This document shows, in pieces, positions 41,001 to 50,253 of a DNA stretch of 54,333 nt. Every line of letters begins with the position of its first letter. Positions within the stretch are counted from its first letter, which is position 1. The notes beneath the pieces were generated by a model, which saw nothing but the letters and a program-made list of their open reading frames with translations, had not been told where the DNA came from and ran no database searches. The stretch is from a virus (Duplodnaviria > Caudoviricetes), in the IMG/VR virus record IMGVR_UViG_3300028597_000016, positions 1 through 54,333 of that record. The stretch is one strand, 5' to 3'. The translations under genes and the position numbers were made by a program.

Positions 41001-42375
41001 CGGCCGCCGCGACGGCGTTCTGCGCGGTCGAACCGTTACGCGTGAGGTAGGCGAGGATTCCGGACAGTGTCTCGAAGCTCTGACCGGCGCGGATCGCCGA
41101 CGGAGTCGCACGTCCCAGCGAGCGGGACAGCTCCTCGTAGGTGATACGGCCTTCCTTGACCGCTCGGAACTGGGTGTCCAGAACCTTGGTGACGTCCTCG
41201 ATCGGGATCTTCCAGGCGTTCAGAACACCGATCGTCGTGGCGCCCGCCGTCTTGATGTCGGTGCCACCCGCGACCGCCGCCTTCGCCAGGTTGCGCAGCA
41301 GCTCAGTCGCCTGTGGAAGGTTCGCGTCGGTCGAGGAGAAGATGTCGAACAGGCCCTCTTGGATCGAGTCGAACGAGACACCGAAGTCCCGCGCCACGTC
41401 CAGACCGACCTTGCCGAGATCCTTCAGCGAGACGCTGGTGTCGTCCACCTGCGTCTTGGTCATCGCTGTGGCCTTCTCGTAGTCCACAGCGGCCTGGGTG
41501 AGCTGGAAGGCGCCTGCGAGCACAGCCCCGCCAGCGATGACGCTGGCAGCACCGACATCAGTCAGCGTTCGACCGGTCTCCCGTAGGCGCGCGTTGTGCG
41601 CTTCACGTTCCGCGCTCGACCGCTTGATGCCGTCGATCTCGCGATTGACCGCCGCGATGCTGTCCTGACGCGTGGCGATGTCCAACCGCATCGCAGAGAT
41701 TGAGTCCCGCTGGGATCGGATCTGTTCGTCGTAAGAATGCGTCTGCTGCTGTGCGGTGAGCAGCAGTGCCTTGTTGTTCTGCGCGAGCTGGTTCGCCGTG
41801 TTGATCTGCTGCTGCGTGGTGTTGATCTGCACACGCTGCGCGTTGATGTCGTTGTTGCGCGCGATGATGGTGTCGCGCGTGTTGGCGATCTGATCCTTCA
41901 ATTCGAGGTTCTGCTTACGCAGAGCAGTGATCGCCGCGCCCGAACCCTCCACTGAGCGGGCCTGTGCGATCTGAACTTCGTTGTGAGCCCTGGCGTTCTG
42001 GAGCGCCGCGACGGCGTTCTGGTCCAACGCCTGCCGCTGCTGAAGCACAGCCATCTGGTGTTGCTGTGTGGCCTTCTGCGCTTCGAGCATCGAGGCGGCG
42101 TAGGCGATGGTTCGCTGCCTTGCCTGCTCGGTGGTCACGCTCTGCTGGGCCATGGCCCGCTGAGATTCGAGCTGCCGCTGCGCGAACTCCGCCTCTGCCT
42201 TGGCGTGTCGAGCAGCGGCCTGCTCGGCTTGGAGGTGGGCCTTCTGCGCTTCCGCACCCATGAGAGCCGCCGACGACCGGGCCTTGTCGAGGTCTCGGCC
42301 CATCTTGTTCAGAGCTGAGGTCGTCTCGTTCTTGGCACGGAGGATCAGGTACAGCTCACGTGTGGAAAGCGCCAC
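38059..42375 (-). CDS. Tape measure protein with C-terminal peptidase-like domain
   Basis: 1438 aa helical, TP901-type core, 22-aa W/F repeats, 'GPGGPRDDLVPAMLSSGEHV', 'DHSDHVH'. Confidence 0.93.
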   Translation of the reverse strand: MALSTRELYLILRAKNETTSALNKMGRDLDKARSSAALMGAEAQKAHLQAEQAAARHAKAEAEFAQRQLESQRAMAQQSVTTEQARQRTIAYAASMLEAQKATQQHQMAVLQQRQALDQNAVAALQNARAHNEVQIAQARSVEGSGAAITALRKQNLELKDQIANTRDTIIARNNDINAQRVQINTTQQQINTANQLAQNNKALLLTAQQQTHSYDEQIRSQRDSISAMRLDIATRQDSIAAVNREIDGIKRSSAEREAHNARLRETGRTLTDVGAASVIAGGAVLAGAFQLTQAAVDYEKATAMTKTQVDDTSVSLKDLGKVGLDVARDFGVSFDSIQEGLFDIFSSTDANLPQATELLRNLAKAAVAGGTDIKTAGATTIGVLNAWKIPIEDVTKVLDTQFRAVKEGRITYEELSRSLGRATPSAIRAGQSFETLSGILAYLTRNGSTAQNAVAAAGRALDLFSNPTVVGRLKEMGINARDASGNFRPLADVVVELQQKLAKLDPARRAEEINALFKGSGNNIQARRFWDLVLASDAGANSFKDMVDRMNKSGGDLEDKYSQMADTLAVRNEKMKNQWKALAVEAGEALFPALEKIINKLSELAAWFERQDEGTKNFLAWATVITGLLLVAAGAVGILGGGLMVLAGIIGVGVGAMGAIVLAVGSFIAVWVLAYNKVEWFHDAVNWWFGHLWGIIKWFFDGWKNVLNDAMPVLKWFGDGWTKVFKDAKETLTGFLDWFKEGWNRAFSEAKPPATNFFSWFADGWKKIFQDAEPQMRWFVDGWGRAFADAKGVLQPFLDWFAAGWKKAFDDAKPPANDFLTWFKNGWTNTFSDAKGPAQDFFTWFVSGWKKTFEDAKVVYNDFDVWFTQGWRNTLTDAKAEYNAFDVWFTQGWAATLTDAKNAAQTFFTWFITGWKNTWNDAQSALTAFFNWFLSGWQKVLTDARSALTSFFNWFTDGWSRIITDVRNALSSFWAWFTGGWSSTLNNARTSIQGFFSAVVTAFNSGVNAIQAAWTRIQNVVREPVKFVVNTVIDDGLLKAYNAVASVFNVQPQNVHVPRMATGGAINGPGGPRDDLVPAMLSSGEHVWTAKEVEKAGGQQAMYNMRKAVLRGRAAFADGGAVSASKQSWMGDGPWDWITGLVGGLNPLAGAVVNDINPASVLNKFIGELGKAGSGAMANVAKEAGKRMVQGVIKWIGEKVGFGSGDAGTGRFTPQPNGWPPHLGNQPPWSPNVQAAANFIRAMNPGMSMGSYVSGYGWSDHFPKAIDNMNNAAIPSQLARGNGIAKWFIEHPGAYGTKYVIWNKRITMGDGWGPYSVPGQGDHSDHVHLSFYKRGGAVAQQVMDSGGLLQPGMTSVMNATGSAERVLSVAQTQAFERLVQHLDAERANQDMGATGLAPVGGYGGGRSSNITLNVYTQEIDPRRHAMMLGMELEKVIG

Positions 42376-42376
42376 C

Positions 42377-42598
42377 CTACTTCCTCTTTTCTCTGTCCCG
42401 CTTTTCCTTCTCGGTCTGCGCGTTGATGACCATCTTCATCATCTCTACGACGATCCAAGGCTGTTCATACAGGCCGCCCGAGTAGGGCAAGACGTTCAGT
42501 ACGCGACAAAGTTCAGTCATCTCAATCGCGGCGATGATTTCTCTGTCGTCCGTGTTGGCATTGAGGATGACCTTCGCCTCTATCGCTCGCTGGAGTTT
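42377..42598 (-). CDS. Tail assembly chaperone -1 frameshift extension
   Basis: Open -1 frame after GGGAAAC: KLQRAIEAKV...LPYSGGLYEQP...KRK*. Confidence 0.75.
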   Translation of the reverse strand, partial: KLQRAIEAKVILNANTDDREIIAAIEMTELCRVLNVLPYSGGLYEQPWIVVEMMKMVINAQTEKEKRDREKRK

Positions 42599-42984
42599 CC
42601 CACCTCTTCCTCGCTGGCGAAGTTGTTCATCTCGTCGATGAGGGAGGAGATCTCCTCGCCGATACGAGGGTCGAGTGAGTCGATGTCGGAGAAGCTCCGG
42701 AAGTCGAGCTTGCGCTCGTTCTCGTCTTCCAGGTTGTGGTCCACGATGCAGTGCTGGAAGTCGATCTGCGTCGCGGCCTTCTGGAGCATCGAGATCTCAG
42801 TCTCGCTCGATGCGGCCTGTCCCCGACGGCGCGGGCCGGACTCCGACTTGAGAGTCATCTTCATAGCCTGGTCAGATCGACCCAGCTTAGTGCCGTAAGA
42901 CATCGGACGAAGAACCACGTACGCGCCGGGGCAGGACTTCAATTCATGACGAACGGTTTCGGTTACTACGGTAGCGCGAGGCAT
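42580..42984 (-). CDS. Tail assembly chaperone
   Basis: Between major tail and TMP genes; slippery GGGAAAC at 42601-42595. Confidence 0.82.
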   Translation of the reverse strand: MPRATVVTETVRHELKSCPGAYVVLRPMSYGTKLGRSDQAMKMTLKSESGPRRRGQAASSETEISMLQKAATQIDFQHCIVDHNLEDENERKLDFRSFSDIDSLDPRIGEEISSLIDEMNNFASEEEVGNSSER

Positions 42985-43020
42985 TACTTTCCTCCCTTTC
43001 CTCGCTAATGCGGATAAGAA

Positions 43021-43058
43021 CCCGGCGGGTGTGGGAAGACCGGACCACACCCGCCGGG
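43021..43058 (-). terminator. Hairpin after major tail gene
   Basis: CCCGGCGGGTGTGG/CCACACCCGCCGGG; TTCTT follows on the - strand. Confidence 0.7.
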
Positions 43059-43062
43059 GGTC

Positions 43063-44016
43063 TTAGGTGATGCTCTCAGCCGTCTTGATGATCATCGAGT
43101 ACGCGTTGCCGGAGGCCGCGCGGATCGCCTGGTACGACACGGAGGCCCGAACGAGGTCACCCTGGCCGGACAGACCGACCTCGTAGGTGTCCTTGATCGA
43201 AGCCGCCATGAGCATCGTCATGTCCTCGGTGGCCGACTTGGTCGCCTTCCACGTGATCGACTGTGCGGTGTACGCCTTGAACGCGTCGTAGTCCGCACGG
43301 GTGTCGAAGTCCCGGTCCACCGACATGGTGACCTCGCGCTCGCCGAACTTCACGAACCGAGCACCACGCGCGCCAGCACCGGTAACCATCCGATACATCG
43401 GTTCCGCGTTGTCGTTGATGGTGACGTCGAAGCCCTCGGTGTCGAAGATCTGCGACCCCGTCGGCACCTCCAGTGCGATCTCGCCTGCGCCGAACGGGAT
43501 GGCCGTGCCCCAGGTCGGCGTCGGTGTGGCAGCGGTCGCCTCGTCGGTCCCGATGATCGAGTAGGTGCCGACCAGTGCACCGTTGTCGACGGTGTAGCTG
43601 ACCTGTCCGACCAGGCAACCGACGTAGCCGAAGACCTGTCCGGTGTTCCGCACGATCGTGATCGAGGCGGTCTTGCCGGACGCGGTGTTCGCTCCGGTCG
43701 CGCCACACACGCCCGTGTAGGTGTAGGTGTACGGACCGGCGCCGGTCTTGACCAGCGCGCCTCGCATGATGTGGTGGAAGTACACCGCGACGTCCGGCGT
43801 GACCTCCATCTCGATGTCACCCTCGACGTGCACGTTGCCGGGGATGGCTGCCGTGATGTCCACAGTCTGCGCGATCGGCCGACGCCATACGGTCTCCTGC
43901 TGGTACGCCAGCGACTCCGACCGAATGGGAACGAACTTGGTGGGCGCCATGTAGGTGCCCGAGGTGGTTTCCAGGGCAATGCCCACGAAGCCACACCCAG
44001 CGAGTCCGACAGTCAT
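43063..44016 (-). CDS. Major tail (tube) protein
   Basis: 'GIALETTSGTY.AP', 'VEGDIEMEV'; position. Confidence 0.87.
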   Translation of the reverse strand: MTVGLAGCGFVGIALETTSGTYMAPTKFVPIRSESLAYQQETVWRRPIAQTVDITAAIPGNVHVEGDIEMEVTPDVAVYFHHIMRGALVKTGAGPYTYTYTGVCGATGANTASGKTASITIVRNTGQVFGYVGCLVGQVSYTVDNGALVGTYSIIGTDEATAATPTPTWGTAIPFGAGEIALEVPTGSQIFDTEGFDVTINDNAEPMYRMVTGAGARGARFVKFGEREVTMSVDRDFDTRADYDAFKAYTAQSITWKATKSATEDMTMLMAASIKDTYEVGLSGQGDLVRASVSYQAIRAASGNAYSMIIKTAESIT

Positions 44017-44339
44017 TACTTGTCACCGTCCTTGGCGTTCTTCGCGGTCTCGCCGTCGACGTTCTGCACTGGGGTGGGAGTGCCTTCGACGTGTGCCGGT
44101 TCGGGAGTCTCGTGGTCCTCGATCGCCTCGGACTTCGACCCCTTGCCACGCAGTGCCTTGACCGAGACGCCCTCCTGGAACGCAGCCCGTCCGAGCGTCG
44201 TACCGGTCAGGTTCTTGAATTGCGCGGCACGCTCGGAGTCGACCGTGACGGTCGAGCCATTGCGGATCTCTCCCAGACCGAGGATGAACACGGAAGTGTC
44301 ACCGGCGGTCGGGATGTCCACCGTGAGTTCGTAGTCCAC
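44016..44339 (-). CDS. Hypothetical virion-module protein
   Basis: AAGGA RBS; coupled ORF. Confidence 0.65.
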   Translation of the reverse strand: MDYELTVDIPTAGDTSVFILGLGEIRNGSTVTVDSERAAQFKNLTGTTLGRAAFQEGVSVKALRGKGSKSEAIEDHETPEPAHVEGTPTPVQNVDGETAKNAKDGDK

Positions 44340-44361
44340 CGGTGTCCTTCCTTTCTCCTGG

Positions 44362-44835
44362 TCAGCAGGGTAGTCCCTCGCGTGACAAACCACGCACGGT
44401 CAGAATTACGGCCTTGTACTTGCTGTCCTGCTTGTACGCGTAGCCACTCTCCAGGTCAGTGACAATCAGATCGATTGTCAGCCCACCCAGCGTGTGGTCA
44501 CGATGCAAGATCTCTTCGACCTTGTCGCCGAGACGATCTACTTGCTCCCGGACGACTTCTTCGCCCTGCCGGATCTTGCTCAAGTAGCAGATCACCTGGG
44601 CGTAGAAGTAGATGTTGTAGACACGCTGCATGTTGGGCGGTTCGATGCGGGACTTACGCACCGGCTCCACCGCATAGCTGGGTGTGGTCGGGTACTTGTC
44701 CTGCTCACCGAACCACACGCGCGCAGGGAAACCGTCGTAGGCAAGTTCCACGATCGCCGCGTTGAGTGCGGCTTCGATGCCCTTGCAGAAGTCGGTGAGG
44801 TTGTCAGCCAGTGGTGCGAAGCTGGGTGCGGTCAT
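44362..44835 (-). CDS. Tail terminator-like protein
   Basis: 'DHTLGG' motif; position. Confidence 0.7.
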   Translation of the reverse strand: MTAPSFAPLADNLTDFCKGIEAALNAAIVELAYDGFPARVWFGEQDKYPTTPSYAVEPVRKSRIEPPNMQRVYNIYFYAQVICYLSKIRQGEEVVREQVDRLGDKVEEILHRDHTLGGLTIDLIVTDLESGYAYKQDSKYKAVILTVRGLSREGLPC

Positions 44836-45362
44836 CGGCGGGTCCAAGTCCCGCGCGCCCGCCGCTCCATCCAGTCGAGGAAGATCTCATCGATCTGCTC
44901 AGCGTCTGTGTCCTGAATGAGGAGGAACGGCCGAGCAGGAATCTCCGACGTTCGGAACTTGCCCGCGCGACTGGCGCCGCCCTCGGCCACAGCCGCTCGG
45001 GTCTTGACGTTGGCGGGCCAGTTGCCGATGTGCGCCTCGTCCGTACCGATGTCCCACCGGCTGAACTGAGTGGCCGTCTCACGGAGCTTGCCGGTCTCCT
45101 GAAGGATCTTCAGACCGGTGCCCTGCCGGATCCGGCGCTCGGTGGTGCTGTCCGCCAGCGGAGTCCACGGTGGACGTCCCCCGAGTTGGAAGTTCGCGTC
45201 GATCGACGGGATCACCACACGCTGCACGGACTCGCGGAGCGGAGTCCGCATGTTCGACAGATCGCGACCGATCTCGTCGAGGTCATCTTGAATCCGCTCC
45301 AGCGGCGGGTCGAACTCTAACGTCACCCACCCGGCATCGATCTTGCGGTTCGGCGCGGGCAT
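44832..45362 (-). CDS. Virion morphogenesis protein (Mu gpG-like)
   Basis: 'W.PLA.ST', 'IL..TGKL', 'IPARPFL'. Confidence 0.82.
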   Translation of the reverse strand: MPAPNRKIDAGWVTLEFDPPLERIQDDLDEIGRDLSNMRTPLRESVQRVVIPSIDANFQLGGRPPWTPLADSTTERRIRQGTGLKILQETGKLRETATQFSRWDIGTDEAHIGNWPANVKTRAAVAEGGASRAGKFRTSEIPARPFLLIQDTDAEQIDEIFLDWMERRARGTWTRR

Positions 45363-45829
45363 TAGAACGTCATCCCCATCGAGAACTGCGGCGGACCGGC
45401 GCTCGGGTCTTCAGCAGTCGGCCCGGCCTCGTCCGAGCTGGCGTCGGTCGGGTAGAAGCGCGGCGAGCGGGCAACACCCGTGACCCCCGCGACCTCGGGG
45501 ATGTCCACGTCACCACGTACGACCGACTCCAGGAAGTCGTCGGCGATGTTGTCCAGACGGCGAGCCCAGGGGTTACGGCCCTCGTCCTCGGAGTACTGCC
45601 GGTCGTAGAAGAACGACACGTACTTCATCGCGATCAGCGTCCGCACCACCTGCGGTGTGGTCGCCTCATTCACCCACAGGAGCTGCACGGTCAGCGGGTC
45701 GTACGCCCGCCCGAGCTGCGCCAGGACCATCGTCTCGACCTGCGCCAGCAGTGCCGTGTCGAGCGTGATGATGTCCAGCTTCGATGCCTCGGCCCACGCC
45801 TGAGCCTCTTGCACGGTGATCCGAGCCAT
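45362..45829 (-). CDS. Head-tail adaptor (Mu gp36-like)
   Basis: 'Y.PL...TP..V', position after capsid. Confidence 0.7.
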   Translation of the reverse strand: MARITVQEAQAWAEASKLDIITLDTALLAQVETMVLAQLGRAYDPLTVQLLWVNEATTPQVVRTLIAMKYVSFFYDRQYSEDEGRNPWARRLDNIADDFLESVVRGDVDIPEVAGVTGVARSPRFYPTDASSDEAGPTAEDPSAGPPQFSMGMTF

Positions 45830-45846
45830 CGAGCCTCCCTAGGTAC

Positions 45847-45883
45847 GACGGCCCGGCTCCCGGGGAAGGGGAGCCGGGCCGTC
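45847..45883 (-). terminator. Hairpin after capsid operon
   Basis: GACGGCCCGGCTCCC/GGGAGCCGGGCCGTC. Confidence 0.65.
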
Positions 45884-45891
45884 AGACGTGC

Positions 45892-46290
45892 TTACTTCTT
45901 CTCAGCGTCCTTGCGCTCGTCCTTGGTCTCCAGCCGGACGGCCCCGGACTGGATCAGCGGACGGAGCTGCTCCTCAGACAGACCCTCGACGACCTCGCCC
46001 TCCGGGATGACGACCCGCTTGGGGCTGTCGTCCTCGGTCGGCTTGTCGGTCGTCTCGATGTTGCTCACCGCTACGTAACGACCGGTGTGCTCGTCGCTCT
46101 TCACCTGCTCGACCACAGGCACCTGGGTCAGACCGTCGTAGACCAGGTCTGCGTCGGCCTTGCCCTCGCGGATAGCCGCCAGGCGGTTGCCCTCGCCGTC
46201 CCACTCGTCCTTGCGCCGATCCTCGCCCTGCACCTCGACGCCCTGGGTACGGGGCTGCTCGAACGGAGCCTTGCCCTTTGCCTCTGCCAC
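45892..46290 (-). CDS. Hypothetical protein downstream of capsid
   Basis: AAGGAGG RBS; 'LIQSGAV'. Confidence 0.7.
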   Translation of the reverse strand: MAEAKGKAPFEQPRTQGVEVQGEDRRKDEWDGEGNRLAAIREGKADADLVYDGLTQVPVVEQVKSDEHTGRYVAVSNIETTDKPTEDDSPKRVVIPEGEVVEGLSEEQLRPLIQSGAVRLETKDERKDAEKK

Positions 46291-46301
46291 CTTCGCCTCC
46301 T

Positions 46302-47315
46302 TTACAGCGCGGCCTGGTCGGTCGCGTGGATGGTGTTGGTGATCAGGTACCCAGTCACGATCTTGCCGAGCGAGTCGGTGCCGATCGCCTTGAGGTCGTA
46401 CTCCCACTGCACGCGGACCAGGTCGGACTTCCGCTTGTCCTCGCGCCACCGGTCCACGGTCAACGGGTTGCGCGTGAACTGGTAGCCGTAGGCCGGAGTC
46501 TTCAGACCCGCCGCCGGAGGCACGTAGGCCAGCACGACCGAGTCGCCCCACAGGTAGTCCAGCGCACCCGGCTGGCCGATGGCCGCCGTGTTGTTCTGGA
46601 CCTCCGGGATGATGACGTTCCAACCCTCCATCCCGAGCAGCGAGATGACGTCGGAGTTCTCCAGGTTGTCACCACGCACGTACTGGCCCTTGGCCAGCAG
46701 CTTCGGGTGCCAACGCAGGAACGACATCGTCGCGTAGGGGATGATCGCGGTGTTCAGCGCCGGGCTACCCGCCCGGTGTGCACGCCGCTTGGCCCGCTCG
46801 ATCACAGCCGCCGGGTCGGAACCCGCCTGCGCGTAGTCCGTGGTGGACCACGTGCTGGTGCCGTCGACCAGGGCCACGGAGTGGTTGGTCGCGTAGTTCG
46901 CAGCGGTCGTCGCGAACGCCTTGATGGCCAGCTCGCGACCGATGGTCAGCTTGCTGGTCAGGAGTTCGACGGCGTCGGCCTCGGGGTTGATGCCCGAACC
47001 CGCCGGGATGTTCTCCCGCTCCTCGTCCGTGACCGCCATCTGGAGCGCGTGCTCCTGAGTGAAGTACTGGTCACTGGAGAGCGCGAGACCGGGGATCTCG
47101 TTCGCCTCGGTGCCCGGTGCCCGGTAGTCCACCTCGGCGGTGACTGCGGTGCTCCGGTCGTTGAAGACGTAGTACTTGGCCGACCGCTCGGTGACGTTGA
47201 CCGAGGGGAACAGAGCCTCGCCGACGAACCCGAATGCGGGCCAGCCAACCGAGATCTGCGAGAGGACCGGGTCGGTGATCCGAGTCCCCGCCTGGAAGGA
47301 GTTCCACACTGGCAT
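46302..47315 (-). CDS. Major capsid protein
   Basis: 'DPVLSQIS.G...LFP.V.V', 'RAPGTEA'; position; strong RBS. Confidence 0.88.
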   Translation of the reverse strand: MPVWNSFQAGTRITDPVLSQISVGWPAFGFVGEALFPSVNVTERSAKYYVFNDRSTAVTAEVDYRAPGTEANEIPGLALSSDQYFTQEHALQMAVTDEERENIPAGSGINPEADAVELLTSKLTIGRELAIKAFATTAANYATNHSVALVDGTSTWSTTDYAQAGSDPAAVIERAKRRAHRAGSPALNTAIIPYATMSFLRWHPKLLAKGQYVRGDNLENSDVISLLGMEGWNVIIPEVQNNTAAIGQPGALDYLWGDSVVLAYVPPAAGLKTPAYGYQFTRNPLTVDRWREDKRKSDLVRVQWEYDLKAIGTDSLGKIVTGYLITNTIHATDQAAL

Positions 47316-47329
47316 TGGTCATCCCTCCT

Positions 47330-47722
47330 TTACGGGGTCACGACGGCGCCTGCGAAGAGCAGGACGTCGATCTCGTCGCCGGAGGCAGCAGCAGCGGACT
47401 GCGCGATGCCTACGGCGAACTGGGTGGTCACTGCGGTCTGGGCCTTGCCGTTGGCGGCCGGAGCCACACGAGCGCCCTTTGCGATCGCGGCGTTGGCGAC
47501 CACGCGCGCGATGGACCCGGGGATCCAGATCGGCGCCACGAACTTGCCGGTCGCCGCCATGGCGTCGGTGAACGTCTCCTGGTTCACGCCGATCGCCACG
47601 TCGGTGATCGCGGTGATCGCCGTCGCCGACTGCGCGACGGTGCCCTGCTTCACGAACAGGCCACGCGCCAGGCCGGTCACGGGCTGCCACAGGTAGCCCT
47701 TGCCGAGGATGTAGTTAGCCAT
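47330..47722 (-). CDS. Capsid decoration/cement protein (DUF2190-like)
   Basis: Ala/Gly-rich; 'G..V.P.A.GKA', 'AAA.GDEI.V'. Confidence 0.8.
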   Translation of the reverse strand: MANYILGKGYLWQPVTGLARGLFVKQGTVAQSATAITAITDVAIGVNQETFTDAMAATGKFVAPIWIPGSIARVVANAAIAKGARVAPAANGKAQTAVTTQFAVGIAQSAAAASGDEIDVLLFAGAVVTP

Positions 47723-47725
47723 CGG

Positions 47726-48871
47726 CTACATCACCTGCTTCTGGAACGCCTCGGTGGCGTCGCGGTACTTCTCGAAGAGCTGCGGGTTGCGCTGCATCGC
47801 CCGGCTGACGGCGTCCCGGTAGGACAGCTTGTCCTTGTCCTGGACCTCCGAGATCAGCTCCTGGAACTCCTTGACCGGGTCTCCCGCCTCGACCGCCGTG
47901 TGGCGGACGGTGCTGGTACCGATCTGCTCGCCCAGCTTGACGGTGCCCTTGCCCTCGGCGAACTGGCGCAGGATCTCCACCAGGTCCGAACGGACCGCCT
48001 TGGGCAGCTTCGCCATCAGCGGCTCGGCCAGGTTCTTCACAGCGGGGGTGATGGCCAGGTCGGTGTCCGTGTCCACGTCGTGCAGCGTGGTCCGGATCTC
48101 CGACAGGCTCATCGCCGCTTCCATCTCGGCGAGGCGCTTCTTGCTCTCCTGCTGCTCAGCCAGCAGACGTGCCACGACCGGGTTGTCCTCGGCCAGCTTG
48201 GTCACGTCATCGGCCGGGGGCGCAACCGGCGTGGGAGCCGGTTCGGCGAGCTTCGCGAGAACGGCCTCGATGACCGTCTCGTCACTCGTGCCCTCGGAGA
48301 GCTTGAGCGCCTTCCGGATTGCAGTGAGATCCACTGCGCCTCCTTCGGTAGCTCCCCCGTCGCCGGTCGGCGCGGGGTCTTCCTCGGCGAGCCGTGCCGC
48401 TACGGCTTCGCTCTCCGAGAGATTCACGGGGACCATGCCCTTGATGAACGGACGGTTGGTCAGACCGCCGCCGAAGAGCACGTCCTCATAGGTGACGCTC
48501 GTTTCCGGATGGGTCCACTCGTCGGCGAACTCAGCGGAGAAGTACTTGTACTGCTTCTTGCGGATCTTCTCTGCTGCCTCGTCGGTCCACTCGACCAGGT
48601 ACCACACGCCGTCAGGGCGAGCTTCGGTCTGCACGACCCAGCCCGCCGCGTCCATCCGCTGGGCCTTGTGGTCGTAATCGATGTCCATGGCGATGCCACG
48701 AACACCCCGGTTCGCATGATCGGCGAAGCGCATCATCCGCATGGCGTTGATGTCGATCTCGCCGAAGATTGGGTGCTTGAAATTGCCCGGCTTCAGAGCC
48801 TGCACCCAGCCCTTGTTGGATCCCTCGTCCAGGGTGATGGCGGTCAGGTCGGACCGGTAACTAGCCCGCAC
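47726..48871 (-). CDS. Mu-like prohead protease/scaffold
   Basis: 'IDYDH', 'AAGW', 'VEWT..A...I..K.YKYFSAEF', 'LTNRPF'. Confidence 0.88.
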   Translation of the reverse strand: MRASYRSDLTAITLDEGSNKGWVQALKPGNFKHPIFGEIDINAMRMMRFADHANRGVRGIAMDIDYDHKAQRMDAAGWVVQTEARPDGVWYLVEWTDEAAEKIRKKQYKYFSAEFADEWTHPETSVTYEDVLFGGGLTNRPFIKGMVPVNLSESEAVAARLAEEDPAPTGDGGATEGGAVDLTAIRKALKLSEGTSDETVIEAVLAKLAEPAPTPVAPPADDVTKLAEDNPVVARLLAEQQESKKRLAEMEAAMSLSEIRTTLHDVDTDTDLAITPAVKNLAEPLMAKLPKAVRSDLVEILRQFAEGKGTVKLGEQIGTSTVRHTAVEAGDPVKEFQELISEVQDKDKLSYRDAVSRAMQRNPQLFEKYRDATEAFQKQVM

Positions 48872-48930
48872 GTTCCTACCTCCCCTGTCTATTCACGCCC
48901 ATGATGCATGAATAGTCGCATGCAGCGCTA

Positions 48931-49296
48931 CTAGGGGTTGACCTTTGCCCCCGACGCGTCTACGGGAGCGACCACCCGATCCCGGGTCCACAGGGCCACA
49001 CCCGCCGCGACCATGGCGGTGATCATCGAGACCTGGGTATCTCCCAGGTGCAGGCCGAATCCGACCGCGACGGCGATGATGGCCTGGACCACACCCACGA
49101 CGGCGGGCAGTGCCTTGTCGAAGGAGACACCGGCAGCGGCGGCGAATCCGAGCAGCGCGGCGACGGCGGCGTTCAACAGCGACTGCTGGTTGTCACTCCA
49201 GTGCAGGACCAGGGAGCTGAGCACCTGGATAACTGCTGCCAGGAATGCGGCGACGAGTACCGGCTCCCGGCCGAAGATGCGCCCGTTAGCGAACAT
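48931..49296 (-). CDS. Holin
   Basis: 'GREPV' plus four hydrophobic helices, 'RDRV.AP'. Confidence 0.78.
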   Translation of the reverse strand: MFANGRIFGREPVLVAAFLAAVIQVLSSLVLHWSDNQQSLLNAAVAALLGFAAAAGVSFDKALPAVVGVVQAIIAVAVGFGLHLGDTQVSMITAMVAAGVALWTRDRVVAPVDASGAKVNP

Positions 49297-49305
49297 GACG
49301 ACCTC

Positions 49306-49770
49306 CTAAGCCCCGCCGGGCCATCCGGTGGAGCCCTTGATGTGCGCACGGAGTTCGATGATCTCCGCGTTCTTCACTGCCAGTGTGCGTTCTCTGGCGG
49401 CGATGTCATCTTCCAACTGACGAATTCGCGTCTCGGATGTGGCACGTTCCCGATTGAGTGTGGTCTCCAGAACGTCGACCTTCGCCGAGAGTGAGTCGGC
49501 CTTGGCGTTCACCCGAACCAGTTCGTCGCGGAGTGGTGCCAGCATTGCTACCGCAGAGTCGGCCAGCAGGTCGGCCGCCTCCATTCGGATCTTGTCAGTG
49601 CCCGCCATCAGTTGGCGCTTGTTGTTGCGGACGGTCAGCAGTTGGTAGATGCCGCCGCCGCCGAAGATCGCGACGAGCGATCCCACCAACAGGGAAACCC
49701 AGCTCGATACCCCACCAGACGATCCTTCTGCCGCAAGGACTGCTGGAGCGGCTACCAGAGCTGCGATCAC
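49306..49770 (-). CDS. Membrane-anchored coiled-coil lysis-cassette protein
   Basis: TM helix plus coiled coil; lies in lysis cassette. Confidence 0.7.
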   Translation of the reverse strand: MIAALVAAPAVLAAEGSSGGVSSWVSLLVGSLVAIFGGGGIYQLLTVRNNKRQLMAGTDKIRMEAADLLADSAVAMLAPLRDELVRVNAKADSLSAKVDVLETTLNRERATSETRIRQLEDDIAARERTLAVKNAEIIELRAHIKGSTGWPGGA

Positions 49771-50237
49771 TCCTTCGATTCCTCCCCCTCGTCGAGCACC
49801 GCGCCTGTTGCCACGGCTACCGCTCGAATTCGCACCAAGATACGGCCGATATCGATGGCACGTATCGATGAAGCCGCTGCGAACGCCACCACGAAGGAGG
49901 CTGCCGCCGCACCACGGAACCCGGCCGCGTACAACAGCGCGAAGCTGTAGATGACCGTGGCGGCGATCAGGAAGAGCAACCCCGCCCGCTCGATGAGCAG
50001 ACCGGCCAGCGGCTCCCGCCAGAACACGCCGGAGAGGGCGACGAAGCTGCCGATGGCCAGCATCGCGTACCAGGCCACGATCAGACCCGGCGGCAACGTG
50101 CGCTCGATGGTCCCGGAGTTCTGCGCGATCAACCGGGACACGCTGATGAACAAGGCGGCGAACAGCATTGCCACCTCGAACGGGTGCCTGCGCCCTAGAT
50201 CGTGGGCGTACGTTCCGTGGGCCACTCGTCCTGGCAC
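49767..50237 (-). CDS. Four-TM membrane protein (lysis cassette)
   Basis: Hydrophobic helices; follows endolysin. Confidence 0.72.
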   Translation of the reverse strand: MPGRVAHGTYAHDLGRRHPFEVAMLFAALFISVSRLIAQNSGTIERTLPPGLIVAWYAMLAIGSFVALSGVFWREPLAGLLIERAGLLFLIAATVIYSFALLYAAGFRGAAAASFVVAFAAASSIRAIDIGRILVRIRAVAVATGAVLDEGEESKE

Positions 50238-50253
50238 TTCTCCTCATCTCTAG

